In this document: positions 10,869 through 21,529 of the stretch, one piece after another | Layout: each line of letters opens with the position of its first letter | Position numbering within the stretch: position 1 is the stretch's first letter | DNA from: an uncultured Arcobacter sp. | GTDB taxonomy: Bacteria; Campylobacterota; Campylobacteria; Campylobacterales; Arcobacteraceae | Assembly: GCA_965140705.1 (NCBI GenBank) | Contig: OZ223300.1 | Location: forward strand, 768,001 to 832,000 | Length of the DNA: 64,000 nucleotides | Reading direction: 5' to 3' | The notes under the pieces: model-generated | Told to the model about the DNA's origin: nothing | Databases searched by the model: none | The model's input: only the letters and a program-made list of their open reading frames with translations | Program-made: the position numbers and the translations under genes

Positions 10869-11441
10869 TTAAAGTTTTGCATCAGCGAGGGTTAAAGAAA
10901 ATAATACTTTATTATTTTTTTTCTCTAAAGCTTTTTTTGCTTCCTTAATTGTAGCACCTGTAGTAATTATATCATCGCATAAAATTGTTGTTTTATCATA
11001 AATATTTGTTAGTTTAAATCGTCTTGGATTTTTTTCTCTATATTCTTTATCTTTTCCTGCATATTTGACAATATTTGTTGCTCTTAAGGCATTGTATTGG
11101 GCTTTTATATTTTTTGAGTTTAGTGCATGAGCTAAAATTGCTGTATGGGAAAACTCATGTCTTGAATGATCATCAATAGGTACTGCAAAAGTATTTTCAT
11201 TAAATTCAAAGTTTGAAGCAAATTTTTTAAAAGATAAATTGGCAAGTATATTAAAAACTTTATCACCAAAAAAATAATATTTTGAAGAGAGTAAATCTTC
11301 TAGTTCTGATAGGCTATAAAAAGAGTAGTTATAAAAGCCTTTTTCTATTTCTCTTTTATGGAAAGATGGAAAAAGAAAATTACTCTGACACTCTTTACAA
11401 ATGGCACTAAATGACAGTTTCTCACATAATAAACATCTCAT
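10869..11441 (-). CDS. ComF family (zinc ribbon plus PRTase-like) protein
   Basis: MRCLLC..CKEC N-terminus, LCDDIITTGAT; ATG at 11441 preferred as start. Confidence 0.88.
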   Translation of the reverse strand: MRCLLCEKLSFSAICKECQSNFLFPSFHKREIEKGFYNYSFYSLSELEDLLSSKYYFFGDKVFNILANLSFKKFASNFEFNENTFAVPIDDHSRHEFSHTAILAHALNSKNIKAQYNALRATNIVKYAGKDKEYREKNPRRFKLTNIYDKTTILCDDIITTGATIKEAKKALEKKNNKVLFSLTLADAKL

Positions 11442-11582
11442 ATTTAATTTTATCAAAAAAAATATTTTAATTAAATAATTTATAAACTTATTTAAGAAAA
11501 GTTTAATAAAAAATAAAAATGGTAAATTTAATTTTACTAATATTATGGTAATATTTGAGAAAAATAATATTAAGGAATTATA

Positions 11583-13844
11583 GTGATTAAATTTAAATCT
11601 CTAAAATCAAAATTTTTAGCTTATATAATATCTACTCTTTTTGTAGTATTTGTTATTGTTACAATCATATTATCAAATATAATTGCAAATAAATCTATAA
11701 GACAATCAGAAAGTCAATTTCAAAGTAGTGCAGAGCATATAGCAATTGCATTTAATACATTAGATAATAATTTACATGAAGTAATGAAAGGGTATTTGAA
11801 TGTTATAAAAACGTATTTGCCTGATTCTTATAGTATAGATAAAGATAAAATAGCAAGAGTAGGGAATATAGATGCTCCAGCTTTTTATAATGGCAATACA
11901 CTATTAAATAATAATTTTGAGCCTTTAGAAAAATATACTCAAACAACAAGTGTAATTGCTACAGTTTTTGCAAGAATGGGTGATGATTTTGTAAGAGTAA
12001 CAACGACATTAAAAAAAGAGGATGGAACTCGTGCTTTTGGAACAATGTTAGGGAAAAAGTCACCTGCGATGAAGTCTATGCTAGAAGGTAAAACTTTTTA
12101 TGGAAAAGTAAAGCTTTTTGGAAAAGATTACTATGTAGTATATGAGCCAATTTTAAAAGAGAATAAAGTTATTGGAATTCTTTTCATTGGATATGATTTT
12201 ACTTCGGCTTTAAGTTCTCTAAAAAAAGATATTAGAGATATAAAAATTAATAATAATGGATATGCTTATATGATGGATAATAAAGGTAATTTAATTATTC
12301 ATCCAACAAAAGAAGGGGAAAATCTTTTTGATATAAAAGATAAAAAGGGAAATTTTACTTTTAAAGATATGATAAAAGGTAAGGATAGACTTATAAAATA
12401 TACAAGTACTGATAATATTGAGAAACTTGCATATGTAAAACATCTAAAAGGATTTAATGCTGTTTTAGTAGTAAGTGATACAATTGATGATGTTTTTGCT
12501 TTTAGTAAAAAAGCAATTATTTATATATCGCTTGCTTTTATCATTACTTTAATTATTATTTCACTGTTATTACTTATTGTTACTTCAAAAGTTGTTGGAA
12601 ATCCTCTTGAGAAACTAAATACTGGGCTTTTAGATTTTTTCAAATTTATTAATAAAGAAAGTAGTAGTGTAAAACTTTTAGAAATAAAAGGTGAAGATGA
12701 ATTTGCCCAAATGTCTGAAGTAATTAATAAGAATATAAATAGAACAGAAACTTTAATGAAAGAAGATTTAAAACTTATTGAAGAAGTTAAAGCTGTAGTT
12801 AATAGTGCAAAAAATGGTGATTTGACTAAGCGAGTACTTGTAAGTACAAAAAATGCTAATCTTGAAGAACTAAAAGAGATTTTTAATGAAATGCTTAGCG
12901 TAACAAGTACAAATGTATCTCAAAATCTAAATCAATTAAAAGAGGTACTTTTACAATTTAAAAATCTTAATTTTACTCAAAGAATAAAAGATGATTCAGG
13001 ATTGGTTGCAGTTGGGTTAAATGAATTAGCTGAGATAATAAATAAAATGCTTATTGAAAATAAATCAATAGGACTTAAACTAGACTATAGTTCAAAACAA
13101 GTACTTGATAATATGAAAAAACTGAATAATTCTACAAATGAAGCAGCAGCTAGTTTAGAAGAGACTTCTGCAGCTTTAGAAGAAATAACAGGGAATATAA
13201 GAAATAATTCTGAAAATATATCAAAAATGTCATCACTTTCTAAAAATCTATTAAACTCTGCAAGTGATGGACAAAAACTTGCAAATGATACAACAACATC
13301 TATGGATGAGATTAATGAACAAGTAAAAGCTATCAGTGAAGCAATAGCCTCTATTGATAATATTGCTTTTCAAACAAATATTCTTTCACTAAATGCAGCT
13401 GTTGAAGCAGCAACAGCAGGTGAAGCTGGAAAAGGTTTTGCTGTAGTTGCTCAAGAAGTAAGAAACCTAGCAAATAGAAGTAGTGAAGTTGCAAAAGAGA
13501 TTAAAGACATAGTTGAAAATGCAAGTCACAAAGCTGATAATGGAAAAGAAATAGCTGGAAAAATGATAGAAGGGTATATTCAATTAAATGAGAGTATTTC
13601 TCAAACAATTCATCTTATTTCTGATGTTGAGATGGCATCAAAAGAACAGTTACAAGGAATAGAGCAAATCAATGATGCAGTTAATAGTTTAGATAAACAA
13701 ACTCAACAAAATGCAATCATAGCAAATGAAACTAATTCAATAGCAGAAGTTGCTGATCATATTTCAAAGGTAGTATTGAAAAATGCAGATGATAAAGATT
13801 TTATAGGAAAAGATGAAGTGACACAAAATAGTTATGAGGTGTAG
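11583..13844 (+). CDS. Methyl-accepting chemotaxis protein with Cache-type periplasmic domains
   Basis: [43 protein letters not shown] signalling domain. Confidence 0.93.
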   Translation: MIKFKSLKSKFLAYIISTLFVVFVIVTIILSNIIANKSIRQSESQFQSSAEHIAIAFNTLDNNLHEVMKGYLNVIKTYLPDSYSIDKDKIARVGNIDAPAFYNGNTLLNNNFEPLEKYTQTTSVIATVFARMGDDFVRVTTTLKKEDGTRAFGTMLGKKSPAMKSMLEGKTFYGKVKLFGKDYYVVYEPILKENKVIGILFIGYDFTSALSSLKKDIRDIKINNNGYAYMMDNKGNLIIHPTKEGENLFDIKDKKGNFTFKDMIKGKDRLIKYTSTDNIEKLAYVKHLKGFNAVLVVSDTIDDVFAFSKKAIIYISLAFIITLIIISLLLLIVTSKVVGNPLEKLNTGLLDFFKFINKESSSVKLLEIKGEDEFAQMSEVINKNINRTETLMKEDLKLIEEVKAVVNSAKNGDLTKRVLVSTKNANLEELKEIFNEMLSVTSTNVSQNLNQLKEVLLQFKNLNFTQRIKDDSGLVAVGLNELAEIINKMLIENKSIGLKLDYSSKQVLDNMKKLNNSTNEAAASLEETSAALEEITGNIRNNSENISKMSSLSKNLLNSASDGQKLANDTTTSMDEINEQVKAISEAIASIDNIAFQTNILSLNAAVEAATAGEAGKGFAVVAQEVRNLANRSSEVAKEIKDIVENASHKADNGKEIAGKMIEGYIQLNESISQTIHLISDVEMASKEQLQGIEQINDAVNSLDKQTQQNAIIANETNSIAEVADHISKVVLKNADDKDFIGKDEVTQNSYEV

Positions 13845-13858
13845 TTTTTACATCTCAT
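13833..13858 (+). terminator. Hairpin over the MCP stop, possible terminator
   Basis: ATGAGGTGTAG-TTTT-TACATCTCAT followed by T run. Confidence 0.45.
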
Positions 13859-13922
13859 TTTAAAGCTTGCTTCCAATATATTAGAGTATTATTCTAAACA
13901 AAAATTCCAAAAAAGAAAATTT

Positions 13923-15248
13923 ATGCTCGAATCAAAACCTCTTATTCTATTTTTTAAATATGTTATTCCTTCTATGTTAGGTTTTTTAGCTGTTTCTTCT
14001 GCAAGTATTATTGATGGATATTTTGTAGGAAATTATGTAGGTTCTGTAAGTTTAGCTGCAATTAGTGTCTCTTTCCCTTTATTTAATCTTCTGTTTGGAT
14101 TTGCTTTGATGTTTGCAGTTGGAAGTTCAGTAATAACTGGTAAATTAATGGGTGAGGGTAATAAAGAAGAAGCTTCAAATGTCTTTTCAAAAGCAATTTA
14201 TATAATAGTGGTACTCTCAATTTCTTTGAATTTGTTACTTTATTTAAACGTAGATAAGGTTTTAGATTTAATAAATGTTAAAGATGAATTAAGAGTTGAA
14301 ACATTAAATTATCTTCCTATTATTTTAAAGTTTTTGCCATTTTTAATGGTAGGAATTACAGTTGATTATTTTGTAAAAGTAGATGAGAATCCAAATTTGT
14401 CTTTTCTAGCTTTAGTTATAAGCTCACTTGTTAATATTATTTTAGATTATATTTTTATAGTAAAGTTTGATTGGGGTATAAATGGTGCTGCATATGCCAC
14501 TGGTACTTCACAACTTGTTATTTTGTTAGTTTTACTTCCACACTTTTTTATGAAAAAGACAACACTTAGATTAATAAAACCAAGGGGAAGTTTTTTAAGT
14601 ATATTTAATGCTTTGAAAAATGGTTCTTCTGAGTTTGTAAATGAATCATCTGTGGGTATTACTATTTTAGTTTTTAATTATATTTTGCTAAAAACTTTTG
14701 GTCCTTTGGGTATTGCTTCATTTACCATTGTTGGTTATTTTATAACAATTAGTATTATGACTAGTTATGCTGTTTCCGATTCTTTGCAAGCTATTATTAG
14801 TAAGAATTATGGCGCTAAATATTTCAATAGAATGAAAAGCTTTTTAAAATTAGGATTAATAAGTATTTTATGTGTAGAAATAGTTTTAACTCTATTTGTG
14901 ATAATTACACCAGAGTCATTAATAAATATTTTTATCAATGATAATGATATAAAAACAAAAGAGATAACCATAAACTTTATCTCTTATATTTGGCCAGCTT
15001 TTATTTTTTCAGGCTTAAACATGTTAGCAAGTGCATATTTAACCTCTATACAAAAACCACTTTATTCTGGACTAATAGCTATTATGAGAAGTTTTATTTT
15101 TCCTATGATATTTATTTTTAGCTTGCCTTTTATTTTTGGAAATGTAGGAATATTTATAGCCTTATCTTGTGCTGAGATAGTAACTTTTATTTTCGCTTTT
15201 CGCTTTTTTATGAAAAATAGACCAAGTGTTTTAGCTAAATTTGTTTAA
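13923..15248 (+). CDS. MATE family efflux transporter
   Basis: IDGYFVG, NIILDYIFI, GINGAAYAT; about 12 TM. Confidence 0.9.
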   Translation: MLESKPLILFFKYVIPSMLGFLAVSSASIIDGYFVGNYVGSVSLAAISVSFPLFNLLFGFALMFAVGSSVITGKLMGEGNKEEASNVFSKAIYIIVVLSISLNLLLYLNVDKVLDLINVKDELRVETLNYLPIILKFLPFLMVGITVDYFVKVDENPNLSFLALVISSLVNIILDYIFIVKFDWGINGAAYATGTSQLVILLVLLPHFFMKKTTLRLIKPRGSFLSIFNALKNGSSEFVNESSVGITILVFNYILLKTFGPLGIASFTIVGYFITISIMTSYAVSDSLQAIISKNYGAKYFNRMKSFLKLGLISILCVEIVLTLFVIITPESLINIFINDNDIKTKEITINFISYIWPAFIFSGLNMLASAYLTSIQKPLYSGLIAIMRSFIFPMIFIFSLPFIFGNVGIFIALSCAEIVTFIFAFRFFMKNRPSVLAKFV

Positions 15249-15267
15249 TATATTTTTTAACAAAATA

Positions 15268-15453
15268 TTATTTTGAATTTTTATTAGTTTTGTCTATGCA
15301 AATTATTTTATCTACTCTTTCACCTGTTCTATAATTTAGAACATTTTTTACTTTATATTTTTTGTTTAATTTTGTACAATCTTCAATTGTAGTTTCATTA
15401 GATGTACATGAGATAAAAAACAAAGAATAAAATAATAATATTATTATTTTCAT
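15268..15453 (-). CDS. Small putative lipoprotein
   Basis: MKIIILLFYSLFFISC lipobox-like signal; AGGAG RBS upstream. Confidence 0.65.
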   Translation of the reverse strand: MKIIILLFYSLFFISCTSNETTIEDCTKLNKKYKVKNVLNYRTGERVDKIICIDKTNKNSK

Positions 15454-15605
15454 TAAGTCTCCTATATAATAGGATAATTATACCATATAGTTTATTAAAT
15501 AATAAAATATAATAATAATGAAACTGATAATGTATATTAATTATTGGAATTTGGATTAAAATAATTGTTTGTATATAAAGGAACTTTTGTTGTTATCCGT
15601 AGGAA

Positions 15606-15800
15606 TTATAGTAAGAAGTTTATCACTAAAAAATAATACTTAGAAGAGATTAAATTTTCAAGTTTAGAAAGACTGTAAAATGAGTAGTTATAAAAACTAT
15701 CTTCTATTTCTCTTTTCTGGAAAGAGGGAACGAGTAGGGTAGCTTGACAAGTTTTATAAATAATTTGGAATGATAAGTTTTCACAAAGTAGGCATATCAT
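15606..15800 (-). pseudogene. Truncated, frameshifted copy of the comF 5' end
   Basis: MICLLCENLSF...FYNYSFYSLSKLENLISSKYYF aligns to residues 1-57 of the 10869-11441 protein; 1-nt loss in the T tract, then similarity ends. Confidence 0.85.
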
Positions 15801-15877
15801 AAAGTAACTATAATATTTTAAATATATTATTTATATAAAACTAATATATTTTAATATAGAATTTGTATTAAATAATT

Positions 15878-16366
15878 TTGGAGTGTATAATGGATAAAGA
15901 TAAAATATATGAAGAACTTGTTGAGCAAAGTACATGGAGACTTTTTTGGTTATCTTTTATAACATTTGGCATTTATTTTGTTCATTATATTGCAAGACAA
16001 ACAGATAAACTAAACATATATTTAGATGATTGTCAGAAAATATCAAAAAGTTTTATAAGTTTTCTAATTTTATTTATGTACATTGGAAGCATAGCAACTT
16101 TATTTAGTATTTTTTTTGAAAATAAACTCTTTGAAGGTTTAGAAAATAATTTTAGCTTAGTTTCAACTATTTTTCTTATTATATGGGGATTTAAAGCTAG
16201 AAATAGAATCAATAAATTAATGAATTATACTAGGCGTGATAATAATTGGTTTAATGCTTTTTGGACATTTTTTTTAACGCCACTTTACTTTAATTATAAA
16301 ATTAATTGCATATGGAATGAAATATTGATTAATTCAGAATCTAAAAATAAAATTAGTGAAGAATGA
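15878..16366 (+). CDS. Small membrane protein (DUF4234-like); true start may be ATG 15890
   Basis: LSFITFGIY motif, 3-4 TM. Confidence 0.6.
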   Translation: MECIMDKDKIYEELVEQSTWRLFWLSFITFGIYFVHYIARQTDKLNIYLDDCQKISKSFISFLILFMYIGSIATLFSIFFENKLFEGLENNFSLVSTIFLIIWGFKARNRINKLMNYTRRDNNWFNAFWTFFLTPLYFNYKINCIWNEILINSESKNKISEE

Positions 16367-16387
16367 CTTAAAACTTTTAAAGTTAGA

Positions 16388-16508
16388 GTAGTTAGATTTT
16401 GAGTGGAGTTCAAGGCAAAAAGAGAATTTAAAACGGAGCGTACAACGAAGGTACGTGAGTATTTAAATTCTCTTTTTAACGCAGAAATGCGCCAAAAGAT
16501 GACTGCTA
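16388..16508 (+). repeat. Long imperfect hairpin, REP-like element, copy A
   Basis: AAAAAGAGAATTTAAA/TTTAAATTCTCTTTTT arms, inner CGTAC/GTACG stem, flanking CAAGGC and AACGCAG shared with copy B. Confidence 0.75.
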
Positions 16509-18293
16509 TATCTTTAAAACTGCCATGAATGCTTCTTGTGGAACATTAACCTTTCCTATCGCCTTCATTCTTTTCTTACCTGCTTTTTGTTTCTCTAGTA
16601 GTTTTCTTTTTCTTGTAATATCTCCACCATAACATTTTGCAGTTACATTTTTACCTGTAGATTTTACAGTCTCTCTTGCGATAATATTACTTCCAATACT
16701 TGCTTGTATTGCTACTTCAAATAGTTGTCTTGGAATTAGCTCTTTTAAGGCTTTGATAAACTCTCTACCTTTACTTAAGGCTTTATTTTCAGGAACTATG
16801 ATTGATAAGGCATCTACAACTTCACCAGCAACTTTTATATCAAGTTTTTGTAAAACACCTGGTCTAAAGCCTATTGGTTCATAGTCAAAAGATGCATAAC
16901 CTTTTGTTGTCGATTTTAGTTTATCGTAAAAATCCATTACGATTTCATTCATAGGTAAATCATAATCAAGTAAAACTCTAGCACCAATATAATCCATTTT
17001 ATTTTGGATACCTCTTTTATCATTTAGAAGTTTTATTACATTTCCTAAAAACTCATCTGGTACTAAAATTGTAGCTTTTACATATGGTTCAAAGATTGTT
17101 TTTACTTGACTTGGTTCTGGAAGTTCAGAAGGATTTCTGATAACTATCATTTCACCATTTGTTTTCTCAATTTCATAAATAACTGTTGGTGCTGTTGCTA
17201 TTAAATCAAGATTAAATTCTCTCTCCAATCTTTCTTTGATAACTTCCATATGAAGCATACCAAGAAAACCTGCTCTAAATCCACTTCCTAGTGCAGCAGA
17301 ACTCTCTGGCTCAAAAGAGATAGAAGAGTCATTTAACTGAAGTTTTGTAAGAGCCTCTCTTAAATCTTCAAATTTATCAGTTTCGATTGGGTAAATACCA
17401 GCAAATACGAAAGGTTTTGCAGGTTCAAATCCATCAATGATTTCAGCTGTTGGATTTTTAGCATCAGTCATTGTATCACCAACTGCAATACCATCTAATG
17501 TTTTAAGTCCAAGTACTACAATACCTATTTCACCAGTTTTAATTTCATTTGTATTTTGTCTTTTTAACGGATGAGGATACATAAGATTTAAAACAGAATG
17601 TTCAACTTTTGTATTCATCATTCTAAGCATTTGACCTTTTTTGATACTTCCATCATAAACTCTTACAAGTGCTAAAGCTCCAAGATAGTTATCAAACCAT
17701 GAATCATAAATAAGAGCTTTTGTAGGAGCTTCTTCATCACCTTTTGGACAAGGAACTCTATCAACAATAGCATCAATCAAATCCCTTACTCCAAGACCTG
17801 TTTTTGCACTAATAAGATTGTGTTCTGTACAATCAAGTCCAATAGCCTCTTCTACTTCATCTAAAACTCTATCTGGGTCTGCACTTGGAAGGTCGATTTT
17901 ATTTACTACAGGAAGTAGTTCTAAATCGTTGTCCATAGCAATATATACATTTGCAATAGTTTGAGCTTCTACCCCTTGAGTTGAATCTACAATTAAAAGT
18001 GCACCTTCTGATGATGCTAAAGAACGGCTTACTTCATAAGAAAAGTCCACATGACCCGGAGTGTCTATTAGATTTAAAACATAGTGTTGACCATCTTTTA
18101 CATAATCTAATCTAACACTTTGTGCTTTGATTGTAATACCACGCTCTTTTTCTATATCCATTGTATCCATCATTTGAGCAGACATATCTCTATCTGCTAC
18201 TGAACCACACTCTTGTATAATTCTATCAGCTAGAGTTGACTTCCCATGGTCAATATGAGCGATAATTGAAAAGTTTCTTATATTTGCTTGCAA
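16506..18293 (-). CDS. lepA: Elongation factor 4
   Basis: [38 protein letters not shown]. Confidence 0.99.
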   Translation of the reverse strand: MQANIRNFSIIAHIDHGKSTLADRIIQECGSVADRDMSAQMMDTMDIEKERGITIKAQSVRLDYVKDGQHYVLNLIDTPGHVDFSYEVSRSLASSEGALLIVDSTQGVEAQTIANVYIAMDNDLELLPVVNKIDLPSADPDRVLDEVEEAIGLDCTEHNLISAKTGLGVRDLIDAIVDRVPCPKGDEEAPTKALIYDSWFDNYLGALALVRVYDGSIKKGQMLRMMNTKVEHSVLNLMYPHPLKRQNTNEIKTGEIGIVVLGLKTLDGIAVGDTMTDAKNPTAEIIDGFEPAKPFVFAGIYPIETDKFEDLREALTKLQLNDSSISFEPESSAALGSGFRAGFLGMLHMEVIKERLEREFNLDLIATAPTVIYEIEKTNGEMIVIRNPSELPEPSQVKTIFEPYVKATILVPDEFLGNVIKLLNDKRGIQNKMDYIGARVLLDYDLPMNEIVMDFYDKLKSTTKGYASFDYEPIGFRPGVLQKLDIKVAGEVVDALSIIVPENKALSKGREFIKALKELIPRQLFEVAIQASIGSNIIARETVKSTGKNVTAKCYGGDITRKRKLLEKQKAGKKRMKAIGKVNVPQEAFMAVLKI

Positions 18294-18372
18294 AATAAAT
18301 CCTATGTTTATATTAATGTTCGCGATTATATCTAAAAAATTGTAATGATAATGTTAAGAGAGTAAAAAGTAG

Positions 18373-18399
18373 TGATTTTAGGCAAAAAGCCTAAAATCA
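18373..18399 (-). terminator. Inverted repeat downstream of the OmpA-family gene
   Basis: TGATTTTAGGC-AAAAA-GCCTAAAATCA. Confidence 0.6.
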
Positions 18400-18406
18400 T
18401 ATGTGA

Positions 18407-19441
18407 TTATTTTGAGACAGTAGCTTCAATTCTTCTATTTTTAGCTCTTCCCTCTTTAGTTTTATTTGTAGCTATTGGTCTAGTTTCCCCATATCCAACA
18501 GTTTTTAATCTAGCAGGATCAACATCATATTTTTTCAATGCTTCAAATGCAGAGTTTGCTCTTCTTTTTGATAACCATAAATTATATTTTTCAGTACCAG
18601 TGTAGTCAGTATGACCTTCAATAGTAGCTTTTAATTTTGGATGTTTATTTAAGAATTCTGCAAATTCTTTGATTCTATGTTTATATTTTTTATCTATGAT
18701 TGAAGAATCAATTGGGAAATGAACTTCTAAATCAAGCATTTTGATACAACCAACTTTATCAACATTTGCACCTCTCATAGTATCAGGACATTGATCCATT
18801 GAATCAATTACTCCATCATGATCTGAATCTAGAACTTTTTTAGGTTCTTCTACTTTTTTAAGCTCTTCCACTACAACAGGTTTAGGTTCTTCTTTCATTA
18901 CAGGAGCAGGAGCTGCTTTTTTACCGAAAGGAATTGCTAATCCAACTGTATAAAGTAAATTGTTATTACCATTATCAAACGATACTAAATGTCTTACATC
19001 AGCTTTAATAGCCATGTCATTATCTAGTTTATATTTATACCCAAAACCATAATTTGCAAATGGTCCTGTTTCATTACCAAATTGTTCATTATCATAAACT
19101 TCTACACCAAGACCAGCTAATGCGTAAAGTGAAGATTTTTCATTTAATTTATATTCTTTAATAACATTTGTAAAAACTCTTGTTATTCCTGTATCTTGAT
19201 TACTATTTTTATAATCTACATCACCAAGCGTTCTTAAAATTCCTAATTCAACTTGATCAAACATAGAGTCATCTAAATTAAATCCTAAAGAAATACCTGC
19301 ATTTGCATAATTTCTATCTAGGTCTAAGTTACCTTCCGTAACTGCACCTGAAATCATAGGAGTAACTTCATATTTATATTCACTATTTGCAGCGAATAAA
19401 ACTGATGAGCATATTAAACTTGTCAATAATAATTTTTTCAT
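18407..19441 (-). CDS. OmpA/CadF-like outer membrane protein
   Basis: Signal peptide, beta-barrel, DSDHDGV.D..DQCP linker, IEGHTD...LSKRRA...NRRIE. Confidence 0.9.
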   Translation of the reverse strand: MKKLLLTSLICSSVLFAANSEYKYEVTPMISGAVTEGNLDLDRNYANAGISLGFNLDDSMFDQVELGILRTLGDVDYKNSNQDTGITRVFTNVIKEYKLNEKSSLYALAGLGVEVYDNEQFGNETGPFANYGFGYKYKLDNDMAIKADVRHLVSFDNGNNNLLYTVGLAIPFGKKAAPAPVMKEEPKPVVVEELKKVEEPKKVLDSDHDGVIDSMDQCPDTMRGANVDKVGCIKMLDLEVHFPIDSSIIDKKYKHRIKEFAEFLNKHPKLKATIEGHTDYTGTEKYNLWLSKRRANSAFEALKKYDVDPARLKTVGYGETRPIATNKTKEGRAKNRRIEATVSK

Positions 19442-19470
19442 TTTTTCTCCTTGTCTTTTTATTATAGTAT

Positions 19471-20406
19471 TTATTTTACAAATATACTATTAACTGATTC
19501 ATTATTGTGAATTCTTCTGATTGTTTCACCAATAATATTTGAAGCAGTTAGTACTGTAATTTTATCATGTTCTTGTTTTAAAGGAATTGTATCAGAAACT
19601 ACTAATTCATCTAAGGCTTCACCATTTGTGAGTCTTTCATAAGCAGGTCCACTTAAAACACCATGTGTGCAACATGCCATAACAGAATTTGCACCTTTAT
19701 TTTTTAATACTTCTGCTGCTTTTACTAAAGTACCAGCCGTATCAACCATATCATCTACTAAAATTATATCTTTACCACTTACATCACCAATGATATTCAT
19801 AACTTCAGATTCATTTGCTTTTTCTCTTCTTTTATCAACGATTACTAAATCATAATTTAATTTTTCAGCATAAGATCTAGCTCTTGCTACACCACCAATA
19901 TCTGGACTAGCAATAATTGGATTAGCTAATTTTTTTGATTTAATATAATCAATAAACATAATTGAACCAAAAAGGTTATCAGCAGGAATGTTAAAAAATC
20001 CTTGAATTTGTGCTGCATGTAAGTCTATCGTAATTACCCTAGAAATACCAGCTGCTTCTAATAAGTCTGCAACTAATTTTGCAGTAATTGGAACTCTTGG
20101 AGCTGCTTTTCTATCTTGTCTAGCATATCCATAATATGGAATAACAGCAGAAATCGATTTTGCACTTGATCTTTTTAATGCATCTACCATAATTAATAGT
20201 TCCATTAAATTGTCATTTGTTGGAGCACAGGTTGGTTGAATAATGAATACATCCATTCCTCTTACACTTTCTGTAATTTTTACAGAAATCTCTCCATCAC
20301 TAAATTTCGTTAGTTTTGCTGGACTTATTTCGATATTTAAGTATTTTGCAACTTTCTTTCCAAACTCAGGGTTAGCTGATCCCGTGAATAGTCTGTATCC
20401 TCTCAT
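19471..20406 (-). CDS. prs: Ribose-phosphate pyrophosphokinase
   Basis: FSDGE, YARQDRK, DLHAAQIQGFF, VDDMVDTAGT. Confidence 0.98.
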   Translation of the reverse strand: MRGYRLFTGSANPEFGKKVAKYLNIEISPAKLTKFSDGEISVKITESVRGMDVFIIQPTCAPTNDNLMELLIMVDALKRSSAKSISAVIPYYGYARQDRKAAPRVPITAKLVADLLEAAGISRVITIDLHAAQIQGFFNIPADNLFGSIMFIDYIKSKKLANPIIASPDIGGVARARSYAEKLNYDLVIVDKRREKANESEVMNIIGDVSGKDIILVDDMVDTAGTLVKAAEVLKNKGANSVMACCTHGVLSGPAYERLTNGEALDELVVSDTIPLKQEHDKITVLTASNIIGETIRRIHNNESVNSIFVK

Positions 20407-20480
20407 GATTTTCCTTAGGTTTACGTTTAATAATTTTTTTGGATTATATCTAAAACTTTATAAAAATTACTTAGTGCAAA

Positions 20481-21521
20481 TTAATTTGTCTCCTTAATCC
20501 ATGCACTACCAATAACTTTTTGTTTATCATAAAATACTGCTAATTGACCAGTAGCTACTCCAAAAACAGGCTCTTTTAATGATATATTTACTTTGTCACC
20601 TTCAATTTGTATTTTACAAGGTGTTGAAGTTGTTCTATATCTTAGTTTTACAGTGCAATCAAGTTCCTTATCGTCAATAAACATGTTTAGATCATCTGCT
20701 ATTACATTATTAACTTCTAGGGCTTGTTTTTTACCCACAACAATAGTATTATCTTTTGGATTTAATTTAGTTACAAAGTGAGGTTCATGTGCACCGTTAA
20801 CTGTAAAACCTCTTCTTTTACCTATGGTATAGTGGGCATAACCTTTATGCTCACCTACAACATTTCCCTTTTCATCTAAAACTTTTCCAGGTAGGTCTAT
20901 TTTTGCATGTTTTTTTACAACATCTGTATAAACAGTTTCTACAAAACAAATCTCTTGTGATTCATTTTTTTCTGTAATTCTTTTATAAGCAGAATCTAAT
21001 TGTGCTCCAAATTCAATAATATCTTCTTTTTTATAAGTGCTTAGTGGGAACATCATATATGGAAGTGCTTCTTTTGGTACTTGAGATAAGAAATAACTTT
21101 GATCTTTTGTTTTATCATCAGCTTCATAAAAGAACTCACCATCTGTTTTGGCATAGTGACCAGTTGCTAAATAGTTTGCTCCATGCTCTTTTGCAAAATC
21201 TAGCATTGCACCAAATTTGATTTGTCTATTACATTTGACACAAGGGTTAGGAGTAGTTCCTTCTAAATATGAATCTACAAAATAATCATAAACTTCAGCT
21301 GTAAATTTATCAGCTAAATCTAAAATATGATATTTTATGCCCAAGAAATCAGCTACATCTTTTATATATTCTAAGTTTTTTTCGTGGTATCCGTCAGTTC
21401 TATTATGAAGTTTTAAGTATACACCTTCAACTTCATAACCCTCTTTTTGTAACATGTAAGCTGTAACTGAAGAGTCAATTCCTCCACTCATGCCTACCAT
21501 TACTTTTTTAATTTGAGTCAT
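20481..21521 (-). CDS. mnmA: tRNA 2-thiouridylase, CxxC (C-type) paralog
   Basis: SGGIDS, PNPCVKCN, KDQSYFL, ESQEICF. Confidence 0.93.
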   Translation of the reverse strand: MTQIKKVMVGMSGGIDSSVTAYMLQKEGYEVEGVYLKLHNRTDGYHEKNLEYIKDVADFLGIKYHILDLADKFTAEVYDYFVDSYLEGTTPNPCVKCNRQIKFGAMLDFAKEHGANYLATGHYAKTDGEFFYEADDKTKDQSYFLSQVPKEALPYMMFPLSTYKKEDIIEFGAQLDSAYKRITEKNESQEICFVETVYTDVVKKHAKIDLPGKVLDEKGNVVGEHKGYAHYTIGKRRGFTVNGAHEPHFVTKLNPKDNTIVVGKKQALEVNNVIADDLNMFIDDKELDCTVKLRYRTTSTPCKIQIEGDKVNISLKEPVFGVATGQLAVFYDKQKVIGSAWIKETN

Positions 21522-21529
21522 ATTTTGTC

